Origin: Octopus vulgaris
Taxonomy: Eukaryota
NCBI GenBank assembly: GCA_951406725.2
Contig: OX597835.1
Span: 15,252,001 to 15,316,000, forward strand
DNA length: 64,000 nucleotides
Direction of reading: 5' to 3'
The notes below the pieces were generated by a model that saw only the letters and a program-made list of their open reading frames with translations, was not told the origin of the DNA and did no database searches. This document shows, in pieces, positions 39,940 to 53,599 of the stretch. The position numbers and the translations under genes were made by a program. Numbering within the stretch: position 1 is the stretch's first letter; each line of letters begins with the position of its first letter.

Positions 39940-40822
39940 ATAATGGTTTCAAATTTGGGCCAGAAATTTCAGAGGAGGGTTCTAGTCGAATACAAACACT
40001 TCAGCACTCAACTTGTGCTTGTTATATCGACTCTGAGAGGATGAAAGGCAAAGTCGACCTCGTCGGAATTTGAACTCAGAACATAAAGACAGGCGAAATA
40101 CCGCTAAGCATTTTACCAAACGCGCTAAATATTTCTGCCAGCGCGCCACCTAAAATATTGGTTTCAAATTTTGGCACAAGGCCAGAAATTTCAAAGGGGG
40201 AGGGAGGGTTTAGTCGAATACATAGACCTCAGTACTTAACAGGTACTTATTTTATCGATTTAGAAAGGATGAAATGCAAAGTAGACCTCGGCGGAATTTG
40301 AACTCAGAACGCAAAAACAAACGAGATGCCGCTAACGATTTTGCCCATCGTGCTAACCACTCTGCCAGTTTGCCGCCTTAAATATACTTTTCTATACTAG
40401 GTAGAAGGCCCGAAACTTTAGGGGAGGCGGCCAGTCGATTAGATCGACTCCAGTACGCAACTGGTACTTAATGTATCGACACCGAAAGAATGAAAGCCAA
40501 AATTGACCTCGGCGGAATTTGAACTCAGAACGCAAAGACAAACGAGATGCCGCTAAACATTTTGCCCATCGTGCTAACCATTCTGCCAGTTTGCCGCCTT
40601 AAATATTCTTTTCTACACTAAGTACAAGGCCCGAAATTTTGGGGGAGGCGGCCAGTCGATTAGATCGATTCCAGTACGCAACTGGTACTTAATGTATCGA
40701 GACCGAAAGAATGAAAGCCAAAATTGACCTCGGCGGAATTTGAACTCAGAACGCAAAGACAAACGAAATACCGCTAAGCATTTTGCCCGTCGTGCTAACC
40801 ACTCTGCCAGTTTGCCGCCTTA
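39940..40822 (-). mobile_element. Four head-to-tail SINE B variant copies; the last three have a 221-bp period
   Basis: GCCAGTTTGCCGCCTTA ends at 40380, 40601 and 40822. Confidence 0.88.
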
Positions 40823-40940
40823 AATATAAGCAGACAGCTTTAAAAATACGAAATAATAAATTTTGATGTGAAATGATGCAGTAAAATCTAGGTTGGAATT
40901 CTTTTAACCCAGATTAAGACGTCAATAGAGCAGGAATTAC

Positions 40941-41055
40941 CTGAAAACAGATGTTCCCAAACTTATTTTGTCTTGGAAGCCTTTCTACGATTTTCTGAAA
41001 CTCTTGGAATGCTTGGCTATACTTTAAGAACAGGACGATACCTACCGACCTAAAT
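40941..41055 (-). CDS. Possible internal coding exon (FRSVGIVLFLKYSQAFQEFQKIVERLPRQNKFGNICFQ)
   Basis: Acceptor TTTATTATTTTGGTAG, donor CAG/GTAATT, open frame, phase 0 compatible with the exon at 33498. Confidence 0.35.
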
Positions 41056-41168
41056 CTACCAAAATAATAAATGATTTCAAAAAACTGCGGCAGAAAGAGA
41101 GAGCATACATTGGCTTTAAATTTTGGCACAAGGCCAGCAATTTCAGGGCACGGAATTAGTCGATTATT

Positions 41169-41209
<41 letters not shown>

Positions 41210-41262
41210 TATTATGATTATTATTATTATCATCATCATCATCATCATTATAATAATAATAA

Positions 41263-41296
<34 letters not shown>

Positions 41297-41416
41297 CATC
41301 ATCATCATCGTCATTATTATTACTATCATCATCATCATCATTATTATTATTATTATTATTATGTATGTGAGTGTGTGCGCCTGTATATATATACATACAT
41401 TCATACACACATATCT

Positions 41417-41479
<63 letters not shown>

Positions 41480-41480
<1 letters not shown>

Positions 41481-41893
41481 CGCAGGAGTGGCTGTGTGGT
41501 AAGTAGCTTGCTTACCAACCACACAGTTCCGGGTTCAGTCCCACTGCGTGGCACCTTGGGCAAGTGTCTTCTACTATAGCCTCGGGCCGACCAAAGCCTT
41601 GTGAGTGGATTTGGTAGACGGAAACTGAAAGAAGCCCGTCGTATATATATATATGTATATATATGTGTGTGTGTGTGTTTGTGTGTCTGTGTTTGTCTCC
41701 CCAACATCGCTTGACAACCGATGCTGGTGTGTTTACGTCCCCGTTACTTAGCGGTTTGGCAAAAGAGACCGATAGGATAAGTACTAGGCTTACAAAGAAT
41801 AAGCCCTGGGGTCAATTTGCTCGACTAAAAAGGCGGTGCTCCAGCATGGCCGCAGTCAAATGACTGAAACAAGTAAAAGAGAATAAAAGAGAA
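41480..41893 (+). mobile_element. SINE family A, full length
   Basis: Highly similar to 431-835. Confidence 0.9.
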
Positions 41894-42259
41894 TATATAT
41901 ATATACATACACACGCGCGCACACAGACGTGCACACACGTACTAACACTCACTCTTAGACAACTATATGCAGCACAGATGCACATGCATACAAACATAAC
42001 ACATTCGAACAAGGTAGATAAGACGCAGCGATGTTTTATTGATAGATTATAGGGACAAATCGAACATTGATTATAAACAATTGAGTTTGACATGCAATAA
42101 AAGACAGAAGGCGGAAAAACGAAACCAACTGTTTATGATTTCTTTTCCACGCCGTTGATTGCTAATTTTTTATGGCCTTCAAACAGATTATATGGCTGTC
42201 TGGAATGATTTTGCTATATTTCTGAACTTTATTATTATTATTTGTTCTTTTTTTTTTAG

Positions 42260-42494
42260 TTTGTTTGTTTCTGTCGTTAGACTGAGGCCATGCTGGAGCA
42301 CCGCCCCGAAGAATTTTATTCGAATAAATCGACTCTAAGTTTTTTTGGGGTTTTTTTTTGTCTTTTTCAACCTGGTACTTATGCTATCGGACTATGTTGC
42401 TAAACTGCTAATTTACGGGGATGCCAACACACCAACATCGGTTGTCAAATGGTGGGAGTGTGGGACAAACACAGACACAAAGACACACACGCGC

Positions 42495-42546
<52 letters not shown>

Positions 42547-42915
42547 CTATAGATATATATATAAATATATAATACAAAATAGGACAAGAACGCAAAACAT
42601 CCAGGCAGTTAGGTGATACAAAAATGGGACAACAAAACATCCAGATAAACGATACGAAGAAAACAAGGACAGGTCATTCGAAGTTTTCTTTCCTTAGTCG
42701 AGTACCAAATTATCTCTGCAATTTCGGCTGGGATACACACACACACACACAAATACACATACATACACACACGACAAGTTTCTTTCAGCTTCCGTCTGCC
42801 AAATCCAGTCACAAGGCTTTGTAAAGTAGAAGACACTTGCCCAAGGTGCCACCCAGAGGGACTGAACTCAGAACCATGTGGTTGGGAAGCAAGCTTCTCA
42901 CCACACAGCCACGCT
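42260..42915 (-). mobile_element. Diverged SINE A carrying a ~165-bp foreign insert (42570-42735) in its internal microsatellite
   Basis: 3' half at 42260-42485 and 5' half at 42770-42915. Confidence 0.7.
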
Positions 42916-43639
42916 TGATCGCATTTTTTGTATCTTTCAATCAGGAGGAAAGTCAGCGCCTATGACCCTTTTCAGGGTTTCCAAGACAGGTGGGAAAGAT
43001 GGAAGGAAGAGAGAACGAAGTTATCCTCAAACCAGAAACCTGACCCTAAAGCATGCAGCAGGGTGGGGGTCCACTGAAGGCAACCAAGTTCCCAGGTGGT
43101 GGCTCTAAACAGGATAAGTGATCAAGTTTACGACCCAAGGTACCCTTCCTTGACGGGATTTGAACTCAGAACGCTAAGAGCCGGAATAAATACCGCAAAG
43201 TATCCGACCTGGTTTTCTCATAGTTCTGTCCATCCGCGCCGTCACGGGTTGGTACTTTACTATCGACCTCGGAAGGATGAAAAATAAAGCTGATCATTAT
43301 CTCCGTGGTTTTGTGCAGCTGTGATGAGGGAGAAATTAAAGAAAGTGAAAATGCACTGATTCAGACTATTTAAAAGATATCAACGTTGCTTGAAAAAATA
43401 AATTATAAATTGAGTGCCAAGAAAATTAAACACTTTTGGCACACGAATGCAAAGGAAACTACGATAAAACTTACGAAAATAAACGTTAATAGCCCACTCA
43501 ATATTTACTGCTTTTTTGGAACAACTGTCTTCACTTATATTTAGACACTTTATTATAAACTCGTGTTAATTATTTTAGTCGTCAACAATTTAGAGGTAAA
43601 TCTACTGATATCGAAGCGATTTTAATATATGTATGGCTT

Positions 43640-44427
43640 AAGGCGGCGAGCTGGCAGAACTGTTAGCACGCCGGGCAAAGTGCTTAGCGGTATTTCGTCT
43701 GCTGTTACGTTCTGAGTTCAAATTCCGCCGAAGTCGACTTTGCCCTTCATCCTTTCGGAGTCGATTAAATAAGTACCATTTACGCACTGGGGTTGATATA
43801 ATCGACTTAATACCTATGTCTGTCCTTGTTTGTCCTTTCTGTGTTTACCCCCTTGTGGGTAGTAAAGAAATAGGTATTTCGTCTGTCATTACGTTCTGAG
43901 TTCAAATTCCGCCGAGGTCGACTTTGCCATTCATCCTTTCGATTAAATAAGTACCAGTTACGCACTGGGGTCGATGTAATCGACTTAATCCGTTTGTCTG
44001 TCCTTGTTTGTCCTCTCTGTGTTTAGCTCCTTGTGGGTAGTAAAGAAATAGGTATTTTTTCTGTTATTACGTTCTGAGTTCAAATTCCACTGAGGTCGAC
44101 TTTCATCCTTTCGGGGTACGGTAAATTAAGTACCAATTGCCTACTGGAGTCGATGTAATCGACTGGTCCCCTCCCCGAACATTTTGGGCCTTATGCCTAG
44201 AGTAGAAAAGAATAAATGGCGAGCTGGCAGATTCGTTACCTCATCGGGAAAAACGCTTAGCGGCATTTCTTCCGAATTCACATTCTGAGTTCAAATGCCG
44301 TCGAGGTCGACTTTTCCTTTCATCTTTTCGGGGTCGATGAAATAAGTACCTGTTGAACACTTGCTGGCCTTGTGCTAAAGTTTGAAATCAATATATGTAT
44401 CGTTTTATAAGGTGGCGTGCCGGCAGA

Positions 44428-44430
<3 letters not shown>
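43640..44430 (+). mobile_element. SINE B multimer (3 bodies) plus further copies
   Basis: AAAGAAATAGGTATTT junctions at about 43870 and 44050. Confidence 0.9.
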
Positions 44431-44482
<52 letters not shown>

Positions 44483-44486
<4 letters not shown>

Positions 44487-45751
44487 GTTGTCCGGAAAGT
44501 TCGTGCCGATTTATAGTAGCTTACCTTTCGACTTATTTTAGAACATGGTTGAGTCCATAAAATAGGATTTGACTACACCTCCATTTAGAGCACAGTTTAA
44601 GCTATCTTTTCGTAGAAGAAGGTTTATGTTCCTATAACCTGTGTTAATTCTGTAACCCTTTAAAATGGAAGATAAGAAAGTTCATTTTCGGCACTTGATG
44701 CTTTTCTTTTTCCGTAAAATGCCTCACAAGCAACCAAAGAAATATGCGCAGTTTACGGTGACGTTTCTTTATCCGACAGAACCGTACGGAAGTGGTTCGC
44801 AAGGTTCCGAGCTGGAAATTGTAGCCTTATTGATAAAGAGCGATCAGGCAGACCATCCACTACAGATGATGACCAAATCAAGTCATTAATTGAGAATAAC
44901 CCACATTGCACAACCCGAGAATTGGCACAAAGCCTCAACCTATCAAAATCCGTATTTCATGAGCACCTGGTAAAGCTTGGGTACACAAATCGCTACGATG
45001 CTTGGGTACCACATGAGTTGAGTGAGAAGAACCTTTTGGATCGCATTTCCATCTGATTCACTTTATAAACGGAATGAAAACACACCTTTTTCAAATCAAA
45101 TTGTGACAGGTGATGAGAAATGTATTATCTACCGAAATGTTCAGAGAAAGTGATCCTGGAGTAAGCGACATGAGCCACCCTTAGCCACCCCAAAAGCGGG
45201 TCTTCGCCATAAAAAATTTTGCTTTGTGTCTGGTGGGATTGAAAAGGAATTCTGTACTATGAGCTTCTCCCAAGTAACCAAACAATTAATTCTGAGAAAT
45301 ACTGCACACAACTGGACGAGTTAAAAGCAGCAATTCAAGAGAAACGTCCAGAATTGGCCAACAGGAAGGGTGTTGTTTTCCAACATGATAATGCAAGACC
45401 GCACGTTTCTTTTGGAACCAGACAAAAATTGCTGCAGCTCGGCTTGGATGTGTTACCCAACCCTCCATATTCACCAGATATTATTCCTTCGGATTTCCAC
45501 TTATTCAGGTCTCTGCAGAATAGTCTTAATGGTAAAAATTTCAATTCCTTGGATGACGTAAAAAGATACCTTGATGAATTCTTTGCCATGAAACCACCTC
45601 AATTCTGGAAAGAGGGTATTTTCAAGTTAAAGGAAAGATGAAGACGCATTGTGCAACAAAATGGTTCATATTTGGTTGATTAAAGATGTAATGGCAAGTA
45701 TTTATTGACCTTTTCTTTCCTTTAAAAATTGGCACGAACTTTCCGGACAAC

Positions 45752-45755
<4 letters not shown>
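44483..45755 (+). mobile_element. Full-length mariner transposon (1273 bp), mellifera-subfamily-like
   Basis: 30-bp TIRs TTGGGTTGTCCGGAAAGTTCGTGCC(G/A)ATTT (29/30 identical), TA flanks within (TA)n. Confidence 0.95.
44665..45683 (+). pseudogene. Mariner D,D34D transposase pseudogene
   Basis: MEDKKVHFRHLMLFFFRK N-terminus, WVPHEL, IVTGDEK, HDNARPH-34aa-D, YSPDIIPSDFHLF; several stops and frameshifts. Confidence 0.93.
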
Positions 45756-46133
<378 letters not shown>

Positions 46134-47574
46134 CAGTTTTATAATGTCAACGAAATATATTGTAAATCTGCTAATCAAGTTATGAATAGTCAAGACAAAG
46201 ATTTAAATAATGAAGGTGAATAATAATGCACGTATATACGATCATAAGCAAACGTTCAATATTTCAATAAGTGTGTTCTTCTGATAAAAAAAAAAATCTG
46301 AAAAAAAAATCGAAACCTAACGGCGAGTGAAAGGAAAAATAATTTTGCATTCTTTTTCTTAAAAAAAAAAAATTCTGAACAGAATATGGAATAATGTTTT
46401 ATGTGCCCTTAAGAAATCTCTATAAAAAAAATATTATATTTTTCAATAAAATTCTATATTTATATAATAAAATTTTGATATCCCATTTTGTAGCAGATCT
46501 GATACCAAAATAACCTAAACTTTCAAATGGACGGTACTTGATGTATCAACAAAGTGATATTAACGGTATAATATTTGTCTTTTCTGCATTTTTTTAATCT
46601 TTTCCTTACCATTGTCAATCTAAAATAAAATCTACAGAGAACAGAAAATAAAACAGCGTATTTCCATTAATTTACGATCCTTATTCGCTTCAACAGTATT
46701 TTCAAAATAAGCCAATTATAGATGCTATTTCATGCACATAAAACCAGAATTATGGTAAATTTACAAAATACAAATTACTAAAATGCAAAGCACTGTAGTG
46801 TATTATTCCTAACACCACGCAGCAAATCTTTATCCGAATATTAAACGTTATAAAAGAAAGGCATTTATTTGTCTTACATTTTGTCTTTAATAGTCTTGCA
46901 ACCATTAGCTAAATTCGTTTCTTATGGACCGGCCTCGTTGTAATAGAAAATCTGATAGTGGAGATTTCTTGACAGAATAATACAATATTAAAAGAACGAT
47001 GTTATCTTTGAATTTCTAGATCAGATCTGCAGCCGTAAGAATATTCTTTCATCTTGCTGTTAGAGACTGAGATAACTACCAGATATTAGCTGTGTGAAGC
47101 CAGTATAAACACGAGGGCGACAGATATGATCAATATTCACTTGTAAATATCCTCAAACTCTTCCACTACTTAAACAATCGCCGCTAAAGTTGCCAGGGAA
47201 AAAAATGACAATTTAATGGAGAACAGCAAAGCTTTTAAACCCGTTTCACAAAAGAATCTTCAAACAAAGTTTTGCTAATTAATAATAGGAAAAAAATGGG
47301 TGAGTGTTATTAAAATAAATTATCCGAACAGAATACTGCTTTCGCATATCAGCATTTGCCAATGGCAGTTTTAATTGGTCATTCTATGGCGATGCCAGTC
47401 AGCGAAAGGTACTGGACGCTCAGAAATATATCAAGTCAACTTTCGCCCCTGTACACGACAGACGTTGCCGACACCTTTAACCAGCGATTTCCAGCGACAA
47501 ACGACTCTAACTTCCCCAAAACAGCTTCAGTTATTCGTTCCTTGCTCTTCTCTTCTTAAATAATAAATATATTG

Positions 47575-48140
47575 GGTGCAGGCATGGCTATGTGGTTAAG
47601 GAGCACGCTTTGCAACCATATATATTTCTTTACTACCCACAAGGGGCTAAACACAGAGGGGACAAACAAGGACAGACAAACGGATTAAGTCGATTACATC
47701 GACCCCAGTGCGTAACTGGTACTTAATTTATCGACACCGAAATGATGAAAGGCAAAGTCGACCTTGGCGGAATTTGAACTCGGAACGTAACGACAGACGA
47801 AATACAGCTACGCATTTCGCCCAGCGTGCTAACGTTTCTGCCAGCTCGCATTGCAACCATATTGTTTTGGGTTCAGTCCCACAGAGTGAAACATGTTATA
47901 TAAACATATGTGCGTTTATATGTATTCGTGTTTGTGTCTGTTCTCCCCAATGCTTGACGAACGATGTTGGTTTATTTACGTCCCCGTAACTTAATCGTTC
48001 TGCAAAAGAGATCGATAGAATAAGTACCGTACCAGACTTAAACGTAAGTACTGGAGTCAATTTGTTCGACTAAATTATTTAAGGTGGTGCCCCAGCAGGG
48101 CCGCAGTCTAATGACTGAAACGAGTGCAAAATAAAAGATA
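47575..48140 (+). mobile_element. Old SINE A interrupted by a full-length SINE B (47622-47850, minus strand)
   Basis: 12-bp TSD TTGCAACCATAT at 47610-47621 and 47851-47862. Confidence 0.85.
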
Positions 48141-49198
48141 CTGTCTCTGGGTTCATGGCTTGTAATTGTTGAGTTGGTGACTGAAAATATCTTTCTTCAC
48201 TTGCGTCTAGAAGTAACTGAACAACACCCAGGAGTATTTAACAGAAGATTTTATTATCGCACATGAAGACAAACTGCGTTGGCCTTTTATAGATGATAGC
48301 AGCTATAATTACATACTAGGTGAGAGATACTACTTGGGGTTAACGGCAAGCTATTGATACGGTAACATGAGGCTTTCTCAACATAATTGGAAACAAATGG
48401 GCTATGTTCGTGACTATGGAGGTTCCTGTCGTCTATCGGGGCCACTTATCTTAGAGGCCTTCCTGGGTCGTCTAGCTCGTAAAAATCTACGCCGAACGAT
48501 TTTATAAGGGGCCGGAAGTCAAATTCGAGAATCTTCGAGAAAACCTACTCATGCCACCACTTCACATTGAATGATCGGTAAATAGACCGATCACGTGAAA
48601 CTATGGCGGTTTACTCGTAGTATTTGACTGCAAATCCAATGATTCAGTTTCGAATCACCACTACGTTTCTAACCCCACCCTCAAGTGAAAACACAGCACT
48701 ACAAATTAAATGCGCTTAAAATAGTCTCGCAAAATCCGAGTTATCTTCTTATCAAGTCGCCATGATAATCCGCAAACTCCTCACAAAGAAAAGGATAAAA
48801 AAAGCTTTTAATTTTTACGCACAAAATTTCACCTGGAAAATAACGTAATATTCTGCATCCTTTAAGGGTAATGCTTAATGTAAACATTTACTACCAAAAT
48901 AGAATTTTTACTAAAACATGGTTATTAATAAAGGACATATTTTGAGAAAATAATTTAACTGCCTCGTGTAATGCAAGGTTTTCTAATCGTTTTTATGTAG
49001 TGGAAAAATTTCAAAAAATCGAAGATGCAATTTATAAAATTGCTGGCAGAGATTTTTTATCAGCCATACTGTATGTGTGTGTGTATATATATATATATGT
49101 ATGTATATGCATGTATGTGTGTATGAATGTATGAATGTATGTATGTATATGTGAGTATTATGTATATGTATTATGCATGCGTATATAAATGTATGTAT

Positions 49199-49241
<43 letters not shown>

Positions 49242-49262
49242 TACATACATATATATATATAT

Positions 49263-49304
<42 letters not shown>

Positions 49305-49331
49305 TTTTCAAAATTTAATTGTTTTCCATAC

Positions 49332-49373
49332 TTACAGTTGAAAAAGTTTCAATGACTGAAACCGGTACTGAAA
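49332..49373 (+). ncRNA. Candidate minimal type I hammerhead ribozyme with U3-A8 core covariation
   Basis: TTACAG TTGAAAA AGTT-TCAAT-GACT GAAA CCGG TA CTGAAA; palindromic ACCGGT stem III, GUA triplet; about 30 bp downstream of (TA)n. Confidence 0.5.
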
Positions 49374-49422
49374 TGTTTTTTATAAAATTATTTTAGCATT
49401 TTCTACCTTGACTTTTTCCCTA

Positions 49423-49487
<65 letters not shown>

Positions 49488-49732
49488 ACGTGCGCATGTC
49501 TGTATGTGCTTGCGTGTGTATGAAGTTATTCGGTTTTTAACAACTGAGCTCGAAGTAGAAGAGTTATAAATAATAACGTGTTAATACTGAAAGATGTCTG
49601 TCTCGTTTACAGACAGCCAACGACTTTTTCAATCCAAGTATTTATATGCTATTATTTATAGCTTTTCTACTTCGAGCCCAAACGTCAAAAATTATTTATT
49701 TCATGTTGTCTTGAAGTCTTAAATTTTTATGT

Positions 49733-50163
<431 letters not shown>

Positions 50164-50588
50164 GCAAGTAAGTAAGTAAAAAAAGACATTTCTGGTTGAG
50201 ATTGTACAGCCTGAGAAAAAGTGAGAGAATTTTATAATCTTCCGGAATAAAGTTTGGATCTTGTATTAAAGAGAGAATTTTGAAGCCATTTGCTTTCGCA
50301 AGGGGATTCGTTCGTTACTTTTGCTTATTAGATTTTCTTTGGCAAATAAAATAGATAAACTCGGCATAAATTGCTGTGTCTGCCATTACAAGTATAGGAC
50401 TTGACCTTTGATTTTCATTTTCTGTTTCAGTGTATAGTTAGTATACTCTTTTCACTCTAAAATAAATTTCGAGAGATACGTTACGTTTCTCTCTTCAGAT
50501 TTCTAAATGTTTTAGTATGATTATTGCAACGTACTTTAAATGGTGTGGAAGTGGAACCTATACATACATACATATATACACATACTTA

Positions 50589-50614
<26 letters not shown>

Positions 50615-50621
<7 letters not shown>

Positions 50622-50819
50622 AAATGAAGAAAATGCTGACAAATAATTGAAGTAATTTAAGTAATTTAATTAGGTGAAAGTTCTTTTTACCGGTTGCGCA
50701 TTTGTTATGCTTATATGCTTGTTATGCTTGTTATGCGCAACCGGTAAAAAGAACTTTCACCTAATTAAATTACTTAAATTACTTCAATTATTTGTCAGCA
50801 TTTTCTTCATTTCCTTTTT
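50615..50819. repeat. Perfect 87-bp inverted repeat with a 31-bp spacer, inside (TA)n
   Basis: 50615-50701 is the exact reverse complement of 50733-50819. Confidence 0.95.
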
Positions 50820-50856
50820 ATATATCACCACTCGTGTTCGACATCTCCTTTTTTTT

Positions 50857-50921
<65 letters not shown>

Positions 50922-51283
50922 TATATTGTGTGTGTGTGTATGGGTGGGTGGGTAATCATCAGTGGTGATTTTGCATTTGTAGACTATATCATTATTTAAG
51001 AATTTATAGCTGAAAGAAGTTATTGTATTTACAGTTGGTATTCCTGTATATCTTTATAAAATTACATTTATTCTTCTTTGAAGAATAAATGGAGATTTTT
51101 TTCTTTTTCCTGATTCTGATGGTTCTCTGTAGATAACAGTTATTCAACAACATTAGGCCATCATCCAGGTATAGATCTCTTTCTCAGCGCGGGGACGTAA
51201 GCAAAGGCCGATTGAAGTAAGCAAAGGTCGATTAAGTCACTGATTTCCTCTCCAACACCACCACCCCTCTCTCTCTCTCTTTA

Positions 51284-51314
<31 letters not shown>

Positions 51315-52512
51315 GTGGTAATATATACTTCCCTGTGCTTGATACTGATTATAAAACTAGCAAAGTTGAAGGCCTTATTTAGAAGAGAGGACTAATAAAA
51401 GAGATATAATACTCTTTAAGGTTACACGATAAAAACTTAGTATTAATATTAGGAATCTGGTTAAACCCACAAATCCATTTCTTGTGTCGTTTTCGATAAG
51501 TTGTAATCAGGTTGATAGCTTTCTAACCTTAGCGATAATTCTATCAAGAATTTGTTTACTGATATTCTCGATATAAATTTTGTTGTTGTTGTTGTTGTTG
51601 TTGTTTTATCAGATTAACTTTATCAAGGCTTTCTTCTTCTTCTTCTTCTTCTTCTTCTTCTTCTTCTTCTTCTTCTTCTTCTTCTTCTCCTTCTTCTTCT
51701 TCTTCTTCTTCTACTTGTTCTTCTTCTTCTTCTCCTTCTTCTTCTGAATCTTTTTATTCTTTTCTTCTTCCTTCTCCTCCTCCTCTTTCCCCTTTTTTAT
51801 CTCTTACCATCACCTTAGTCTTCATCTTGTGTTTCTTCGTCGTTTCCCATTTCTCCCCTCATCCTCATCCTCCTCCCCCTCTTCCTCCTCCTCTAATATA
51901 CAACATCCAACACAATTTAAGCTGTCTTTATAAAACATTTTCCTTGACTTCTATTTTCTTCCAGAAATATTGACTCTTTTAATTGATTACTTCTTTGTCA
52001 TAATTAATAAATAATGTTTAAATTAGGAATTATAGATGTAAATTTTTCTTCATATATTTTCATTTTTGATGGTTAGTTTGGAAAAAAAAACTTTTCATGT
52101 TTAAACAGGAAAGAGGTAAATATATGAAATATAATTAAATGGTGACCCCCACCCCTGATTACAATGTCTCTATACGACCAGAATTTAGAAATTTCCTGAT
52201 TTAAAACAATAATTTCTTCATTTTTTTTATGTCCTTTTCATTCTTTAATAAGAAATATTTAAAGAAATTTAATTAAATTACTTAACGAAATAACAGCAAC
52301 GAAAATTCAGTCAACTTATAATGATGCGGTCGGATGAGGAGATAACAACTCCGAAATGCTAGCACCTATCACAGTCTTGGTAGGTGGCGCTGAGAGCTGA
52401 TCAATGTGTATACACACCATTTATCAACGAGCGAGATATATTCTCCCTCCGTGATAAAATGCAGTGAGCAGCTTGTTCTCCAATTCGAAAGTGCATCAAG
52501 CATATTCGAACT

Positions 52513-53440
52513 CTTACTCTTTTACTCTTTTACTTGTTTCAGTCACTTGACTGCGGCCATGCTGGAGCACCACCTTTAATCGAGCAAATCGACCCTGGGA
52601 CTTATTCTTTGTAAGCCCAGTACTTATTCTATCGGTCTCTTTTGCCGAACCGCTAAGTGACGGGGACGTAAACACACCAGCATCGGTTGTCAAGCAATAC
52701 TAGGGGGACAAACACAGACACACACACATATACACACACACACTCATATATATATACATATATACGACAGGCTTCTTTCAGTTTCCATCTACCACATCCA
52801 CTCACAAGGCATAAGTCGGCCCGGGGCTATAGCAGAAGACACTTGCCCAAGATGCCACGCAGTGGGACTGAACCCGGAACCATGTGGTTGGTAAACAAGC
52901 TACTTACCACACAGCCACTATATATACATATATATGACGGGCTTCTTTTCAGTTTCCGTCTACCAAATCCACTCACAAGGCTTTGGTCGGCCCGAGGCTA
53001 TAGTAGGAGACACTTGCCTAAGATGCCACGCAGTGGGACTGAACCCGGAACCATGTGGTTGGTTAGCAAGCTACTTACCACACAGCCACTATATATACAT
53101 ATATATGACGGGCTTCTTTTCAGTTTCCGTCTACCAAATCCACTCACAAGGCTTTGGTCGACCCGGGGCTATAGTAGGAGACACTTGCCCAAGATGCCAC
53201 GCAGTGGGACTGAACCCGGAACCATGTGGTTGGTTAGCAAGCTACTTACCACACAGCCACTATATATACATATATATGACGGGCTTCTTTTCAGTTTCCG
53301 TCTACCGAATCCACTCACAAGGCTTTGGTCGGCCCGAGACTATAGTAGGAGACACTTGCCCAAGGTGCCACGCAGTGGGACTGAACCCGGAACCATGCGG
53401 TTGGTAAGCAAGCTACTTACCACACAGCCACTCCTGCGCC
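52513..53440 (-). mobile_element. SINE A with its 5' half tandemly amplified (4 x 171 bp)
   Basis: TGACGGGCTTCTTTTCAG at 52935, 53106 and 53277; a single 3' half and a single intact 5' end. Confidence 0.92.
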
Positions 53441-53599
53441 TATAATAACTGGTAACAACATTTCAATATTTAATGTTTATCGCCATCTTGGATAGCCACA
53501 CAGACCCCCCCCCAAGGATCAATGTTAACTACTTTTATTTTGAAATTGGGTTCATACTTTTTAACTCTTACTAAACAGTATAACGTTATTCTAGGAATA

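Noticed and set aside
46610-46631. Possible minus-strand micro-exon (strong acceptor, ATG/GTAAGG donor)
   Set aside because: Splice-like signals are common in AT-rich DNA, and its phase does not connect to the 41055 exon.
47436-47555. Minus frame EKSKERITEAVLGKLESFVAGNRWLK
   Set aside because: Protein-like but short, with a weak acceptor and no good donor.
52687-53445. 252-aa ORF with repeated [14 protein letters not shown], also at 216-515 and 24960-25238
   Set aside because: Antisense reading of non-coding SINE A copies.
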